Shown here in pieces: positions 53,073 through 64,000 of a stretch of 64,000 nt of DNA. Numbering within the stretch: position 1 is the stretch's first letter; the number at the start of each line of letters is the position of its first letter. The translations under genes were made by a program, and so were the position numbers. The notes under the pieces are model-generated. The model made no database searches. It saw only the letters and a program-made list of their open reading frames with translations, and was not told the DNA's origin. The stretch is from an uncultured Pseudoteredinibacter sp. (GTDB taxonomy: Bacteria; Pseudomonadota; Gammaproteobacteria; Pseudomonadales; Cellvibrionaceae): the NCBI RefSeq assembly GCF_947500695.1, contig NZ_CANMSS010000015.1:11301-75300 (forward strand), in the 5' to 3' direction.

Positions 53073-55010
53073 CTAGATACTACAAGGGGGCAACAACTCT
53101 CCCTTCAACCTCACGACATAGCCATCAATCTTTGCTTGGAAACTACGTAAATATTGGCGAGCGTTTTCAAAATCTAGAAATTTTCCAGAATAGACGGCCA
53201 ACTGGCCATTACGGCGAACTCTACATAACGGTTCGAGATCCTGATTCTGCTTTACAAAACGCCCTTCATTAATTGGCCCCCTAAAAGTCGCCAGCTGGAC
53301 TGTGTAAAATACCTGGCCTTCCTGTGGCTGCCAAAGATTATCCAGCCTGCCATTATCAAAAATTGTTTCCTGATCCTCTACAAACTTTTCCGTATTGGCA
53401 GAAATGTCGTCCGTTTGCTGATATTGAAGCTGCCCTTGTGAACTCTCTGCGAATCTCTCGCTGGAAGCGACAAGTTCTATATTCCGCCTCCGATAAAAAG
53501 CAGGTGTTTGCGCTGCTTCTTCTTCAACAACCGAAGGGCTTCTTCTTTCTGGATTTTTATCCGGCGCTATTACATCAAGCTGAACCACCGGGTTACGAGA
53601 TCGCAAGCCGCCGCCTTGATTGGCGAGCGCTTGGCTGATAGATGAATCCCCCAAATTAATTTGAGAAAGGCTTTGCAAACCTGACACTCTTTTAGTGGCA
53701 CTGCTTGGTTCTTTTTTCAATGCACTGGAGGCTGGCATCACACCCTCTGTAGTTCCAGCAAGTGCTTGAGCAATTGAGCTCGGCTTAGGCTTTTTAACAA
53801 TATCAACTTTAGGTCGGGTTTTTGAGTAGAGTACGACCCTATCATTATCGCTACAATCGAACATATCTTCTTCACTAAGCTTAAGCTCGTAGGCGTTAAC
53901 ACCTTTGCGCTGTAAGTTTTTGATGTAGCTTTTTAACTGTTTACGACTTTCAAACACACCACTATAGGCTACAAACTTACCATTTCGTCTGGTGCGGCAA
54001 ATAAAATCAACCTGCTTATTGTTGTTGATAAACTGCAAGCGCTTTTCGTGGGTCGCAAAGCTAGCTATTTGGGAGGTAAAGTAGCTCTTTTGATAAGGTA
54101 GCTGAGCAGGTGAAACCTTTGCAATCGAATCTGGGTGCGATACCAGCCACAATTCTCGCGCACCATCACAACTAAACATATCCTCTTGCTTAAGCCTTAA
54201 AACATAAGCACCTTTGATCCGACTTGGTAAACTCTTTAAGCGAGCCCGCGCCTCAGACTCCGTTTCGAATGCACCACTATAAGCGGTGTAGCGGCCATTA
54301 CGCCTCTGTCGACAAAGTAATTCTTCAATTTTGTTTTCAGCAACGAAACTATTTCGCGCTTCTTGCCCTTCAAAACTTGCCAGCTGAACGGTGTAATAGC
54401 TGGCCATGACTGCTGCACCGCTTGTTGGGGCTATTGAAACTGTAGCGGCTGATTCAGTAGAAACCTCTTTAGACTTCGCGGTTAAGTTTCCGTAGTTCTT
54501 ATCGTCATACATTTGAATAAGGCGAACACCGGGGACTTCTCGGCTTTTATCTACTTGCACGACTGCAGGGCGCCACAAACTAGGCTCAAGAGTACCAACC
54601 ATGACTAGAGCTACCATGGTATCTAGCGCTTCTTGCTGCTTAATAAACTCCCCGACATAAACAAAAGCTTGTTGCCCAGATAATTGGGTGCGGTGGAAAA
54701 CAGGCAGTTCTTCAGGTAACTGGGGCATGGCATCCCCAGAGGTAAGCAATTGAATAGAGTAACGTTGGCCAGCTTCGATTTGAGCTTCCACGGTGTCACT
54801 ATCACAACGGTATTTTTTTAGTAAGCCTGCGCTTAGACAGAAGCTTTCATTAAAGTCTTCAGTTTTAGTACTGTTGATAGACTGACTTTCCGCAGTATCT
54901 AGCAGCTCGTCCTCTACCGCTAAATCTGCTGATTTTGGGACTGCCCCCAGCTGCCAGCTGCCCAATACCATTAAGAGGCCTAATAAGCCCTTCCCTAAAG
55001 CCATAAGCAT
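53073..55010 (-). CDS. Exported multi-SPOR-domain protein (3 intact plus 1 degenerate DamX-like modules)
   Basis: Signal peptide; repeated Y/F-x-T-x-Q-L/I-A-S/T-F...C-R-x-RRNG...YSG-x-F...C modules. Confidence 0.75.
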   Translation of the reverse strand: MLMALGKGLLGLLMVLGSWQLGAVPKSADLAVEDELLDTAESQSINSTKTEDFNESFCLSAGLLKKYRCDSDTVEAQIEAGQRYSIQLLTSGDAMPQLPEELPVFHRTQLSGQQAFVYVGEFIKQQEALDTMVALVMVGTLEPSLWRPAVVQVDKSREVPGVRLIQMYDDKNYGNLTAKSKEVSTESAATVSIAPTSGAAVMASYYTVQLASFEGQEARNSFVAENKIEELLCRQRRNGRYTAYSGAFETESEARARLKSLPSRIKGAYVLRLKQEDMFSCDGARELWLVSHPDSIAKVSPAQLPYQKSYFTSQIASFATHEKRLQFINNNKQVDFICRTRRNGKFVAYSGVFESRKQLKSYIKNLQRKGVNAYELKLSEEDMFDCSDNDRVVLYSKTRPKVDIVKKPKPSSIAQALAGTTEGVMPASSALKKEPSSATKRVSGLQSLSQINLGDSSISQALANQGGGLRSRNPVVQLDVIAPDKNPERRSPSVVEEEAAQTPAFYRRRNIELVASSERFAESSQGQLQYQQTDDISANTEKFVEDQETIFDNGRLDNLWQPQEGQVFYTVQLATFRGPINEGRFVKQNQDLEPLCRVRRNGQLAVYSGKFLDFENARQYLRSFQAKIDGYVVRLKGELLPPCSI

Positions 55011-55117
55011 TCCTATTGTTCTGTAGCTCTTAAGTACCCCGATTCTACGTCACTTTGAGTTGATTCACAGCCGTACGAAAGATTGAAAGAACCCCTAAGC
55101 TCAGAGTAAGCGTTCAT

Positions 55118-55471
55118 TTAGAGCAATTGCTTAAGTCTCTCCTCGAGATTCAAGCAAGGCCTTAAGCTAACATTATCCAACTTGACAATATAAGCACCCA
55201 ACTTTTCCTGCCCAGGCAGGTCAAACAAGTGAGGACGGGCATCTTTAAAGCTTTCATAAACGCCGTAATAAACAACATAGGCATTTCGGCTGTTGCGGCG
55301 ACAATAGAGCGGGTATTGCTGGTATTTATCGATTAATTCAGCCCTTGCGGCCTCAGTTCGATATGCGCCCAACTGGATACTAAATACTCGGTCGTATTGA
55401 GCTGCCTCTGACAAACCACTTTTAGCAGTAAAAAGTACCGCCAAAAACAAAACAACATACCTAAATATCAC
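55118..55471 (-). CDS. Small exported single-SPOR protein, paralog of the neighbouring modules
   Basis: Signal peptide; FSIQLGAY...YCRRNSRNAYVVYYGVY...AYIVKL...C. Confidence 0.75.
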   Translation of the reverse strand: MIFRYVVLFLAVLFTAKSGLSEAAQYDRVFSIQLGAYRTEAARAELIDKYQQYPLYCRRNSRNAYVVYYGVYESFKDARPHLFDLPGQEKLGAYIVKLDNVSLRPCLNLEERLKQLL

Positions 55472-55613
55472 AATAACACCTTTGACTATCTACTTCACAG
55501 AAGCATACCCTGCCTCTAATTTTAGGTGTCGTCCTTGAAATGAATTATTTATCGCGGCTTCTGATGCGATCACTTTTATTTTTAGATCGTTACGCAAAAG
55601 ATTTTTTCGACAA

Positions 55614-55642
55614 TAAAAAGCCCGCCAATGGCGGGCTTTTTA
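55614..55642 (-). terminator. pnp terminator
   Basis: TAAAAAGCCCGCCA-A-TGGCGGGCTTTTTA. Confidence 0.88.
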
Positions 55643-55663
55643 GTACAACTATTGCTCTGCTAA

Positions 55664-57799
55664 TTACTCAGCATCGCCCTCAGTTGCTGCCTCTCCACCT
55701 TCAGCTGCGGCCGCATCAGCAGCTGCTTCTTTGATGGATAGCTTGATACGGCCACGCTGATCAACATCAAGGCATTTAACCTTAACTGTCTGACCTTCTT
55801 CAAGGTAATCAGTCACAGCATTAACGCGCTCTTCAGCGATTTGCGAAATGTGCACTAGACCATCTTTACCAGGCAAGAAGTTAACGAATGCACCGAAATC
55901 AACGATACGAACAACTTTACCTTCGTAGATCGTGCCAATCTCAGCTTCAGCCGTAATGGCTTGAATCTTATCAAGAGCGGCCTTTAAGGAATCAGCGTCA
56001 TCGCTGTAAATCTTAACGGTACCGTCATCTTCGATATCGATAGATGCACCAGTTTCTTCGGTTAAAGCACGGATAGTAGCACCGCCCTTACCAATGATGT
56101 CGCGAATCTTATCTGGATCGATCTTGATGGTTTCAAAGCGTGGCGCGTTGTCGTTCACTTCTTCACGAGCGGTTTCAATAACCTTGTTCATCTCGCCAAG
56201 AATGTGCAAACGTGCGGCCAGAGCCTGCTCTAAAGCAATGCTCATAATTTCTTCAGTAATACCTTCAATCTTGATATCCATCTGCAGAGCAGTAATACCA
56301 GAAGAAGTACCAGCTACTTTAAAGTCCATATCACCCAAGTGATCTTCATCACCTAGGATATCGGTCAATACGGCAAAGCCTTCGTCTTCTTTTACAAGAC
56401 CCATCGCGATACCCGCAACAGGAGCTTTAAGAGGAACACCAGCATCCATCAAAGCCAAGCTAGAACCACAAACAGAAGCCATTGAAGAAGAACCGTTAGA
56501 CTCAGTGATCTCACTCACTACACGCATTGTGTATGGGAAAGCCTCTTCATTTGGTAGAACCGCAGCAACACCGCGACGTGCCAAGCGGCCATGACCAATC
56601 TCACGACGACCTGTACCACCCATACGACCAGCCTCACCAACAGAGTAAGGAGGGAAGTTATAGTGCAGCATGAAGTTATCGCGGTGCTCACCTTCTAAGG
56701 CATCAATAATCTGTGCGTCACGAGCAGAACCTAGAGTGCTAACAACCAAAGCCTGGGTCTCGCCACGGGTAAACAAAGCTGAACCGTGAGCTTTTGGTAA
56801 AACACCCACTTCAACTTCGATCGCGCGAACGGTTGTGCTATCACGGCCATCAATACGAGGCTCGCCCGCAACAACACGAGAACGAACAGTTTTCTTTTCA
56901 AGCTTGCTGAAAATAGAGCGAACTTCATCAGCACTTACACCAGCTTCATCATCCGCCAAGGTTTCAGCAGCCTGATCACGCAATGCACCCAGTGCATTGT
57001 AGCGCTCCATCTTGTCGGTGATGCGATATGCGTCACCAATGCCAGCGCCATATTGCTCAGTAACTTTCGCAGTAAGCTCTTCATTAACGGCTGGAGCTGT
57101 CCACTCCCAAGTATCTTTACCCGCTTCAGAGGCAAGTTCTGCAACAGCTTGGATAACAGCTTGATACTCTTGGTGAGCATACAATACCGCGCCCAACATA
57201 ATATCTTCAGGCAATTCAGCCGCTTCGGACTCAACCATCAATACTGCGTCTTTGGTACCTGCTACAACCATGTCTAGCTCAGAAGCCGCTAGGGATTCAT
57301 AGCTTGGGTTTAGCAAGTAACCACCCGCTTCAGAATAACCTACGCGAGCAGCACCAATTGGGCCCGCAAAAGGAATACCTGAAACAGCTAGAGCCGCTGA
57401 GGTACCGATCATGGCAGCAATATCAGGATCGGTCTTTTTGTCAGTTGACATCACTGTACAAACGACCTGAACTTCGTTCATAAAGCCATTCGGGAATAGC
57501 GGACGAATTGGTCGGTCGATTAAACGAGATGTCAGAGTTTCTTTCTCAGATGGACGACCTTCGCGCTTAAAGAATCCACCAGGGATCTTACCGGCAGCGT
57601 AAGCCTTCTCCATGTAATGCACAGAAAGTGGGAAAAAGTCTTGGCCTTCACGAGCGCTTTTTGCACCTACAACGGTGGTTAATACGCTGGTTTCACCAAT
57701 CGTTACCATGACCGCGCCGGTTGCCTGACGAGCAATACGGCCGGTTTCTAGGGTTACGGTCTCATTACCGTATTGGAATGTCTTGATTACTGGATTCAC
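55664..57799 (-). CDS. pnp: Polyribonucleotide nucleotidyltransferase
   Basis: [35 protein letters not shown] and S1 domains; GTG start. Confidence 0.99.
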   Translation of the reverse strand: MNPVIKTFQYGNETVTLETGRIARQATGAVMVTIGETSVLTTVVGAKSAREGQDFFPLSVHYMEKAYAAGKIPGGFFKREGRPSEKETLTSRLIDRPIRPLFPNGFMNEVQVVCTVMSTDKKTDPDIAAMIGTSAALAVSGIPFAGPIGAARVGYSEAGGYLLNPSYESLAASELDMVVAGTKDAVLMVESEAAELPEDIMLGAVLYAHQEYQAVIQAVAELASEAGKDTWEWTAPAVNEELTAKVTEQYGAGIGDAYRITDKMERYNALGALRDQAAETLADDEAGVSADEVRSIFSKLEKKTVRSRVVAGEPRIDGRDSTTVRAIEVEVGVLPKAHGSALFTRGETQALVVSTLGSARDAQIIDALEGEHRDNFMLHYNFPPYSVGEAGRMGGTGRREIGHGRLARRGVAAVLPNEEAFPYTMRVVSEITESNGSSSMASVCGSSLALMDAGVPLKAPVAGIAMGLVKEDEGFAVLTDILGDEDHLGDMDFKVAGTSSGITALQMDIKIEGITEEIMSIALEQALAARLHILGEMNKVIETAREEVNDNAPRFETIKIDPDKIRDIIGKGGATIRALTEETGASIDIEDDGTVKIYSDDADSLKAALDKIQAITAEAEIGTIYEGKVVRIVDFGAFVNFLPGKDGLVHISQIAEERVNAVTDYLEEGQTVKVKCLDVDQRGRIKLSIKEAAADAAAAEGGEAATEGDAE

Positions 57800-58021
57800 G
57801 ACGTTTCCTTCTTTTATCTTCTATATATCTTCTCTGCCCTCAGGCCCCATTGCCGGAGGGATTTATACATTCTGGGCGCAGCTTTACTAGACAGAAGCAA
57901 ACTCTTCTGCAGATAAGTTCTGACAACCCAAACCGACAGTGTCGGATTAACCAATTAGTCCTTGAGACTCATTGGGAAATTCTGGATAAAGCTAATAAGC
58001 CTTAGCGCTAAACGCAGCCGC

Positions 58022-58049
58022 AAAAAAAAGTGCCCGCAAGCGGGCACTT
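58022..58049 (-). terminator. rpsO terminator
   Basis: AAGTGCCCGC-AA-GCGGGCACTT with an A8 tract on + (U-tract on -). Confidence 0.88.
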
Positions 58050-58058
58050 CCGAAGGTC

Positions 58059-58328
58059 TTATCGACGCAGACCTAACTTCTTGATTAGGGCAGCGTAACG
58101 ATTCAAGTCCTTACCCTTCAAGTAATCCAACAACTTACGACGCTGGTTTACCATGCGGATCAGACCGCGGCGAGAGTGGTGATCTTGCTTATGATCAGAA
58201 AAGTGACCTTGCAACTTGTTGATGTTGTGAGTCAACAAAGCTACCTGAACTTCTGGAGAACCAGTGTCACCTTCACCACGAGCATGTTCTTGTACAATCG
58301 CAGCTTTTTCTTGAGCACTTAGTGCCAT
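58059..58328 (-). CDS. rpsO: 30S ribosomal protein S15
   Basis: [26 protein letters not shown]; true start ATG 58328 (89 aa) with GAGGA SD. Confidence 0.99.
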   Translation of the reverse strand: MALSAQEKAAIVQEHARGEGDTGSPEVQVALLTHNINKLQGHFSDHKQDHHSRRGLIRMVNQRRKLLDYLKGKDLNRYAALIKKLGLRR

Positions 58329-58344
58329 AGTCATATCCTCGTTT

Positions 58345-58392
58345 AATATGCATAAAGTCATTCGGCCCAGCCGTGCATATTTACAGCGGGGC
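58345..58392 (-). promoter_or_regulatory. S15 autoregulatory leader (candidate pseudoknot)
   Basis: GCCCCGCUG/CGGCUGGGC stem with the U-G/G-C motif as in the E. coli rpsO operator; loop AAUAUGCA is complementary to UGCAUAUU near the SD. Confidence 0.6.
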
Positions 58393-58500
58393 TAAGCCCT
58401 TGCGGGCATATCGCCTGAGCCCTTCTAAAAGGGACGCAGAACAACCAACACGAGGTTGGATCCTGTATTTTAGCCGTTTTTAACGACTAAACCTAAATAT

Positions 58501-59454
58501 TTAGTTGGCCAATAAGCGTTTAGGCGCCACTCGACCATCATCTGTCAACTCTGCAACGCCTAAAAAGCGCTCAGCGGAGTCAAAAACCCGCACCATATCA
58601 CCTTCATCGCCAATACGATAGACCTGAGCATCCATAACGGCATTGCCCTGCTTGAAGTAATAAGCAGAATCATCTTGCAGTACAATACTCGCCAGCTGGG
58701 CCACCGGAGCATCGGTCGCTAGCAGGTGGTGATCTAACACTTCGGCCAAACCTTCACCGCGCTCCTCTGCAAGCTGCTCAAGGCTAACAGCGCTGGCCTC
58801 TTCAAAGGGGCCAGCAGCCATACGATGCAGCATACTTACATGGGCCCCACAGCCTAGAAGTTCACCAAGATCCTCTGCGATGCTTCGAATATAGGTCCCC
58901 TTTGAACAAAACACCTCGACATCAAGCTCGGCGTATTCCTCACCTAGGGCCTTTGCACTGCGAAACTCCAGCAACTTAAGCTCGTAAACAGTTACATCAC
59001 GAGCTTCTCGCTCTACCGTGATGCCCTGACGGGCCAGCTTATACAAAGGTTGGCCATTATGCTTAAGCGCCGAGTACATCGAAGGGACTTGTTTGATATC
59101 ACCGCGAAAGTTTTCTAAAGCCTTAGCCACAGCGGGTTCGTTAAGACCATCCACCGATTGACGCTCTCTAACCTCTCCGTCGGCATCCCCTGTCTCGGTG
59201 CTCACCCCCAAACAAAAGGTGCTTTTGTAACGCTTATCGGCATCCAAGAGATACTGGGAAAACTTGGTAGCCTCACCAAAACAAAGCGGCAGAACACCGG
59301 TAGCTAAAGGGTCTAAAGCACCGGTATGGCCGGCTTTGGCCGCAAAGAATAAGCGTTTAGCTTGCTGTAGAGCATCGTTCGATGTCATGCCTGCATCTTT
59401 ATGCAGAACCAGCACGCCGTCTAAGGCGCGCCCTTTAAAACGTTTACGACCCAT
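58501..59454 (-). CDS. truB: tRNA pseudouridine55 synthase
   Basis: KAGHTGALDPLATG, YSALK, CSKGTYIRS. Confidence 0.98.
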   Translation of the reverse strand: MGRKRFKGRALDGVLVLHKDAGMTSNDALQQAKRLFFAAKAGHTGALDPLATGVLPLCFGEATKFSQYLLDADKRYKSTFCLGVSTETGDADGEVRERQSVDGLNEPAVAKALENFRGDIKQVPSMYSALKHNGQPLYKLARQGITVEREARDVTVYELKLLEFRSAKALGEEYAELDVEVFCSKGTYIRSIAEDLGELLGCGAHVSMLHRMAAGPFEEASAVSLEQLAEERGEGLAEVLDHHLLATDAPVAQLASIVLQDDSAYYFKQGNAVMDAQVYRIGDEGDMVRVFDSAERFLGVAELTDDGRVAPKRLLAN

Positions 59455-59459
59455 GATAA

Positions 59460-59858
59460 CTATTCTGCTGTATTTTCAGATTCATCGCCCTTATTGGCGA
59501 GATCCTTTGCTACCGCATCGTCAATCAACTTGCTCATGCGATTTCCGGTAAGCGCAGTTGCATCATAAAAGAACTGCAAACGAGGGGTCGTGCGCACATC
59601 AAGCTCTCGAGCCAATTGGCTACGTAAAAAACCAGCCGCATTATTTAATGCTTCAGCTGCCTCTTCGCATTTCTTGGGGTCATCTTCCCCAACAAACGCC
59701 ACGTACACCTTAGCCATAGAAAGGTCACGACTAAGTTGCACATCGTTAACGTTCACCATGGGAACACGCGGATCGCGAACTTCGAATTGAATCAGCTGAG
59801 CTAGGCTGCGTGCAATTGCATCACCCAGCCTGTCAGTACGCTTAAATTCTCTAGCCAT
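59460..59858 (-). CDS. rbfA: Ribosome-binding factor A
   Basis: RDPR, SRDLSMAKVY, AAGFLRSQL, TPRLQFFYD. Confidence 0.97.
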   Translation of the reverse strand: MAREFKRTDRLGDAIARSLAQLIQFEVRDPRVPMVNVNDVQLSRDLSMAKVYVAFVGEDDPKKCEEAAEALNNAAGFLRSQLARELDVRTTPRLQFFYDATALTGNRMSKLIDDAVAKDLANKGDESENTAE

Positions 59859-59873
59859 CGTTGGGGCGCCAGC

Positions 59874-62570
59874 TTAGAGCTCGCGCGCTACCTCTTTCAC
59901 ATCATAAACTTCGATCTGATCACCAACTTTAACGTCGTAATCTTTAACGCCGATACCACACTCCATGCCATTACGCACATCTTGGACATCGTCTTTAAAG
60001 CGACGTAGAGATTCTAGTTCGCCTTCAAAAATTACAACATTGTCGCGCAGTACGCGAATTGGCTTGCTGCGATATACGGTACCTTCGGTAACCATACAAC
60101 CGGCAACCTGACCAAATTTCGGTGAACGGAACACTTCACGAACATCCGCAATACCAACAATCTCTTCAACACGCTCTGGCTCCAACATGCCAGAAAGAGC
60201 GCCTTTCACTTCATCGATTAGCTGGTAAATAATGCTGTAATAACGAATTTCGATGGATTCCGCTTCGGCCAAGCTACGAGTCGCCGCCGCAGCTCGAACA
60301 TTAAATCCGATTACAATTGCACCACTAGTCAAAGCCAGGTTGACATCATTTTCGGTGATGCCACCAACACCAGAAGAAACAACGTTAACTTCTACCTCAT
60401 CGTTACCAATATCAGCAAGTGCTGCCGCAATTGCTTCCAAGGAACCACGCACGTCAGTTTTCAGAACAACTGGTAAAACTTTCTTATCGGCGCTGCCCAT
60501 ATTGGCAAACATATTTTCAAGTTTAGCTGCCTGTTGACGCTGCTGACGCTCTTGCTGAGCCTTGTCTGCACGCTGGGTAGCAAGCTCACGAGCTTGACGC
60601 TCATCGGCCAATACCGCGAACTCATCACCAGCATTCGGGGCGCTATCCAAGCCCAAAATCTCAACTGGAGTAGAAGGCCCAGCTTCTTTAACTTGCTTGC
60701 CGTGCTCATTAACCATCGCACGAACGCGACCATAGCTTTGACCAGCTAGAATGACATCACCACGCTTCAAACCGCCACCTTGAACCAATAGGGTAGCGAC
60801 AACACCGCGGCCTTTTTCCATACGCGACTCAACAACAACACCACGAGCAGGAACATTAATTGGCGCTTCTAGCTCTAGCAATTCTGCTTGTAGAGAAACC
60901 GCTTCTAAAAGCTCATCGATACCCTGACCGGTATGGGCAGAAACAGCAATAAACTGTGTATCACCACCCCAATCTTCTGGCACAACCTCTTTGGCAACCA
61001 ATTCGTTTTTAACACGATCTGGATCAGCGGTTTCTTTATCAATCTTGTTGATAGCCACAACCAAAGGCACACCAGCGGCACGAGCATGCTGAATAGCCTC
61101 TTCGGTTTGCGGCATCACACCGTCATCAGCAGCGACCACCAAAATAACGACGTCGGTACACTGAGCACCACGTGCACGCATAGCAGTAAAGGCTGCGTGA
61201 CCTGGTGTATCCAAGAAGGCAATTTCACCGTGACTGGTTGGTACTCGGTAAGCACCGATGTGCTGAGTAATACCACCCGCTTCGCCAGAGGTAACCTTGG
61301 TTTTGCGAATATAGTCCAGCAAAGAAGTCTTACCGTGGTCAACGTGACCCATTACGGTAACAACCGGAGAACGTGGAGCTTTTTCACCGTCCTCAGTAGA
61401 CAAACTCTGCTCTAGTTGGGACTCAAGGGTATTCTCAACCTTCTCGACTACTTTATGTCCCATCTCCTCAACAACTAATGTTGCTGTTTCGCCATCAATA
61501 GCTTGGTTCAAGGTAGCCATTACGCCCATTTTCATTAGCGCTTTAACAACTTCGGCACCCTTCACCTTCATCTGCTGAGCGAGTTCTGAAACAATAATGT
61601 TCTCGCCAATTTCTACTTCGTGCACAATTTTTCCTGTCGGCCTTTTAAAGCCGTGTTTATTACCTGCCAGCTTGATGGCTGCACGCCTAGCAGGCTTAGC
61701 CGCTTTGGCAGGTTTGCTGCGACGAGGATTCTCCTTAAGTACCGGCTCAATCTCGTCATCTAGAACAGAAAGGTCAACTTTTGGCGCCTTCTTGGTGCCA
61801 GTAGGTTTCTTAACAACCTTTTTAGGCTTATCAATCTCTTCCGATGCTTCTTCATGCTTAGCACGCTTCTTCGGAGCCTGACCATGTTTGCCTTTTTCTT
61901 CTTCCTGCTTGCTTGCAGCTGCTTCGATAGCCGCTGGGTCTGCTGGTGCAGATTCGGCCTTCTTAGCAGTCTCTTGTTTCTTCTTCTCGGCGGCTTCCTG
62001 CTTGCTACGCTTAGCCTCTTCCTCAGCTTGGCGGCGAGCTTCAATTGCAGCAAGGCGCTTTTGCTCAGCTTCATCGACAAAGCTAGATGCCGGTTCTTCT
62101 TGCTTGGGCGCCTCTTCAACTTCTGGAGTCTCAGGCTCTTCTGGCTCTGCAGCAGCCTCTACAGCTGGCTCTTCTACCACAGGTTCAACCACCGGAGCAG
62201 GCTCAGTTTCTAGCACAGGCTCAACAGTAGTCTCTTCTACCGGAGCGGCAGCTTCTGACTGTTCCTCCAAAGGATCCCGCTTAACGTAAGTACGTTTTTT
62301 ACGTACCTCTACATTTACAGTTTTACGGGCCGAGCCACTGCCTGTTTTCAAGGTCGTAGTGGTTTTACGTTTGAGAGTGATCTTTTTAGGAGCTTCACCG
62401 GTATCACCGTGACTACTTTTCAAAAAAGCCAAAAGCGTTTGCTTTTCTTCATCGGTCACGGTCTGTTCCGCAGACGTCTGTTGCAAACCAGCATCTTTCA
62501 TTTGAGAGAGGAGCCTCTCAACTGAGGCACCTACGGATTTGGCAAGTTCGCTTACTGTTACTTCAGCCAT
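59874..62570 (-). CDS. infB: Translation initiation factor IF-2
   Basis: [26 protein letters not shown]. Confidence 0.99.
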   Translation of the reverse strand: MAEVTVSELAKSVGASVERLLSQMKDAGLQQTSAEQTVTDEEKQTLLAFLKSSHGDTGEAPKKITLKRKTTTTLKTGSGSARKTVNVEVRKKRTYVKRDPLEEQSEAAAPVEETTVEPVLETEPAPVVEPVVEEPAVEAAAEPEEPETPEVEEAPKQEEPASSFVDEAEQKRLAAIEARRQAEEEAKRSKQEAAEKKKQETAKKAESAPADPAAIEAAASKQEEEKGKHGQAPKKRAKHEEASEEIDKPKKVVKKPTGTKKAPKVDLSVLDDEIEPVLKENPRRSKPAKAAKPARRAAIKLAGNKHGFKRPTGKIVHEVEIGENIIVSELAQQMKVKGAEVVKALMKMGVMATLNQAIDGETATLVVEEMGHKVVEKVENTLESQLEQSLSTEDGEKAPRSPVVTVMGHVDHGKTSLLDYIRKTKVTSGEAGGITQHIGAYRVPTSHGEIAFLDTPGHAAFTAMRARGAQCTDVVILVVAADDGVMPQTEEAIQHARAAGVPLVVAINKIDKETADPDRVKNELVAKEVVPEDWGGDTQFIAVSAHTGQGIDELLEAVSLQAELLELEAPINVPARGVVVESRMEKGRGVVATLLVQGGGLKRGDVILAGQSYGRVRAMVNEHGKQVKEAGPSTPVEILGLDSAPNAGDEFAVLADERQARELATQRADKAQQERQQRQQAAKLENMFANMGSADKKVLPVVLKTDVRGSLEAIAAALADIGNDEVEVNVVSSGVGGITENDVNLALTSGAIVIGFNVRAAAATRSLAEAESIEIRYYSIIYQLIDEVKGALSGMLEPERVEEIVGIADVREVFRSPKFGQVAGCMVTEGTVYRSKPIRVLRDNVVIFEGELESLRRFKDDVQDVRNGMECGIGVKDYDVKVGDQIEVYDVKEVAREL

Positions 62571-62591
62571 TATCTTTCCTCAGTTAATCAA

Positions 62592-64000
62592 TTATTCCGC
62601 GTCTTCCGCAAACCAGGGCTCACGCGCTTTCAAAATTAAGGCCGCGGCACGCTCTTCATCCATTCCATCAATTTCCATTAATTCATCGACGGATTGCTCG
62701 GCTAAATCTTCCATGGTTGGGATGCCACGGCTTGCAAGCTGAACAGCCAGTGCTTTATCCATGCCTTCCATAGTTAACAGGTCTTCAGCAGGCTGAGCAC
62801 TTTCAATAGCTTCTTCAGTTGCCAAAGCCTGGGTCAACAAGGCATCTTTTGCACGAGCGCGCAATTCTTCAGCAATGTCTTCATCAAAGCCTTCGATATT
62901 TAACATCTCTTCAAGCGGCACATACGCCACTTCCTCAAGAGAAGTGAAGCCCTCTTCAACCAACACGCCAGCAACATCTTCATCAACATCCAGAGCTTCC
63001 ATAAAGAGCTCCATATAGTTGCCGCTTTCTGCTTGTTGTTTTTCTTCCCACTCAGCAACACTCATGACGTTGATTTCCCAGCCGGTAAGCTCAGAAGCCA
63101 AACGAACATTTTGACCAGCGCGGCCAATTGCCTGTGCCAAGTTATCGTCTTCAACAGCAACATCCATTGAAGAGGAATCTTCATCAACCACAATGGATTC
63201 AATCTCAGCCGGCGCCATTGCATTGATAACAAATTGAGCAGGATTATCATCCCACAACACAATATCAATGCGCTCATTACCAAGCTCGTTAGAAACCGCT
63301 TGTACACGTGAACCACGCATACCAACACAAGCTCCAACTGGATCGATACGACCATCATTGGTTGAAACTGCAATTTTCGCACGAGAACCAGGATCGCGAG
63401 CAGCGCCTTTTAGCTCAATTACTTCTTCAGAGATTTCTGGAACTTCAATCTTGAACAGCTCGATCAGCATGCCTGGCGCAGAGCGGCTCAAATAAAGCTG
63501 AGGGCCACGAGCTTCTGGGCGTACATCAGCCAAGAAAGCACGAACTCGATCCCCCATACGGAAGACTTCACGACCAACCAACTGATCGCGAGCCAACAAA
63601 CCTTCGGCATTATTACCAAGGTCGACGATAATATTGTCGCGAGTGACCTTTTTAACGGTACCACTGATTAGCTCGCCTACTTTATCGCGATACTCATCAA
63701 CGATCTGCGCGCGCTCAGCTTCGCGAACTTTTTGTACAATAACTTGTTTTGCTGTTTGGGCGGCGATACGACCGAAGTCAACATTTTCGATCTGCTCTTC
63801 GTGAACATCACCAATTTTTAGATCTGGGTTCGCCTCAGCGGCCTCTTCTGTGGTGAACTGAGTTCCCAAGATTGCCAAAGTGTCATCGTCCACAACCTCC
63901 CAACGACGGAAAGTCTCGTAATCACCATTACGACGGTCAATCACCACATAGATGTCTGACTCTTCGTCATATCGCTTTTTAGCCGCAGTCGCCAAAGCTA
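62592..64000 (-). CDS. nusA: Transcription factor NusA, 5' partial
   Basis: [42 protein letters not shown]; start lies beyond the window edge. Confidence 0.98.
   Translation of the reverse strand, partial: ALATAAKKRYDEESDIYVVIDRRNGDYETFRRWEVVDDDTLAILGTQFTTEEAAEANPDLKIGDVHEEQIENVDFGRIAAQTAKQVIVQKVREAERAQIVDEYRDKVGELISGTVKKVTRDNIIVDLGNNAEGLLARDQLVGREVFRMGDRVRAFLADVRPEARGPQLYLSRSAPGMLIELFKIEVPEISEEVIELKGAARDPGSRAKIAVSTNDGRIDPVGACVGMRGSRVQAVSNELGNERIDIVLWDDNPAQFVINAMAPAEIESIVVDEDSSSMDVAVEDDNLAQAIGRAGQNVRLASELTGWEINVMSVAEWEEKQQAESGNYMELFMEALDVDEDVAGVLVEEGFTSLEEVAYVPLEEMLNIEGFDEDIAEELRARAKDALLTQALATEEAIESAQPAEDLLTMEGMDKALAVQLASRGIPTMEDLAEQSVDELMEIDGMDEERAAALILKAREPWFAEDAE

Noticed and set aside
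53053-53094. Nested inverted repeat (GTTGCCCC...GGGGCAAC with a TAGATACT duplication) at the panB / SPOR gene junction
   Set aside because: Probably just a shared 3' hairpin of convergent genes; no transposon ends or second copy
57800-58021. pnp leader RNase III hairpin
   Set aside because: Expected from enterobacterial biology and partial complementarity is visible, but I could not establish a convincing long stem by eye; needs folding
62030-62270. Repetitive E/P/A/V-rich DNA in infB
   Set aside because: Ordinary low-complexity IF-2 N-terminal linker

Overview
Bacterial chromosomal window, gammaproteobacterial. Gene order is strongly Pseudomonas-like, but the DNA looks less GC-rich (by eye, not computed) and carries a PPi-type PFK, so a marine Cellvibrionales-like host is my inference. 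It is mostly core genome: leuS-lptE-holA; proA-nadD-rsfS-rlmH-mrdA-rodA-mltB-rlpA-dacA-ybeD-lipB-lipA; mpl-ubiX; pfk, msrA, ppa, tRNA-Asn; sfsA, dksA-gluQ; cbrAB, pcnB-folK-dNK-panB; nusA(partial)-infB-rbfA-truB-rpsO-pnp. I found no mobile element, prophage, integrase or CRISPR array. The most interesting signals are absent from the ORF track: (1) a Fur-boxed PrrF-like sRNA at about 40464-40564; (2) a complete CbrX-CbrA-CbrB-CrcZ-like catabolite-repression module, including a 59-aa leader ORF, a sigma54 promoter with IHF and CbrB-type sites, and an A-rich sponge RNA; (3) an adjacent gene pair carrying four copies of a two-cysteine DamX-like SPOR module; (4) an apparent operon joining an MMPL/RND transporter to exosortase H and its partner; (5) cis-elements: a PhoP-type box, an S15 leader pseudoknot, a dksA-gluQ hairpin, a probable leaderless Rieske gene and CsrA-type GGA sites. 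Family assignments come from motif recognition and recall; no database search was run.
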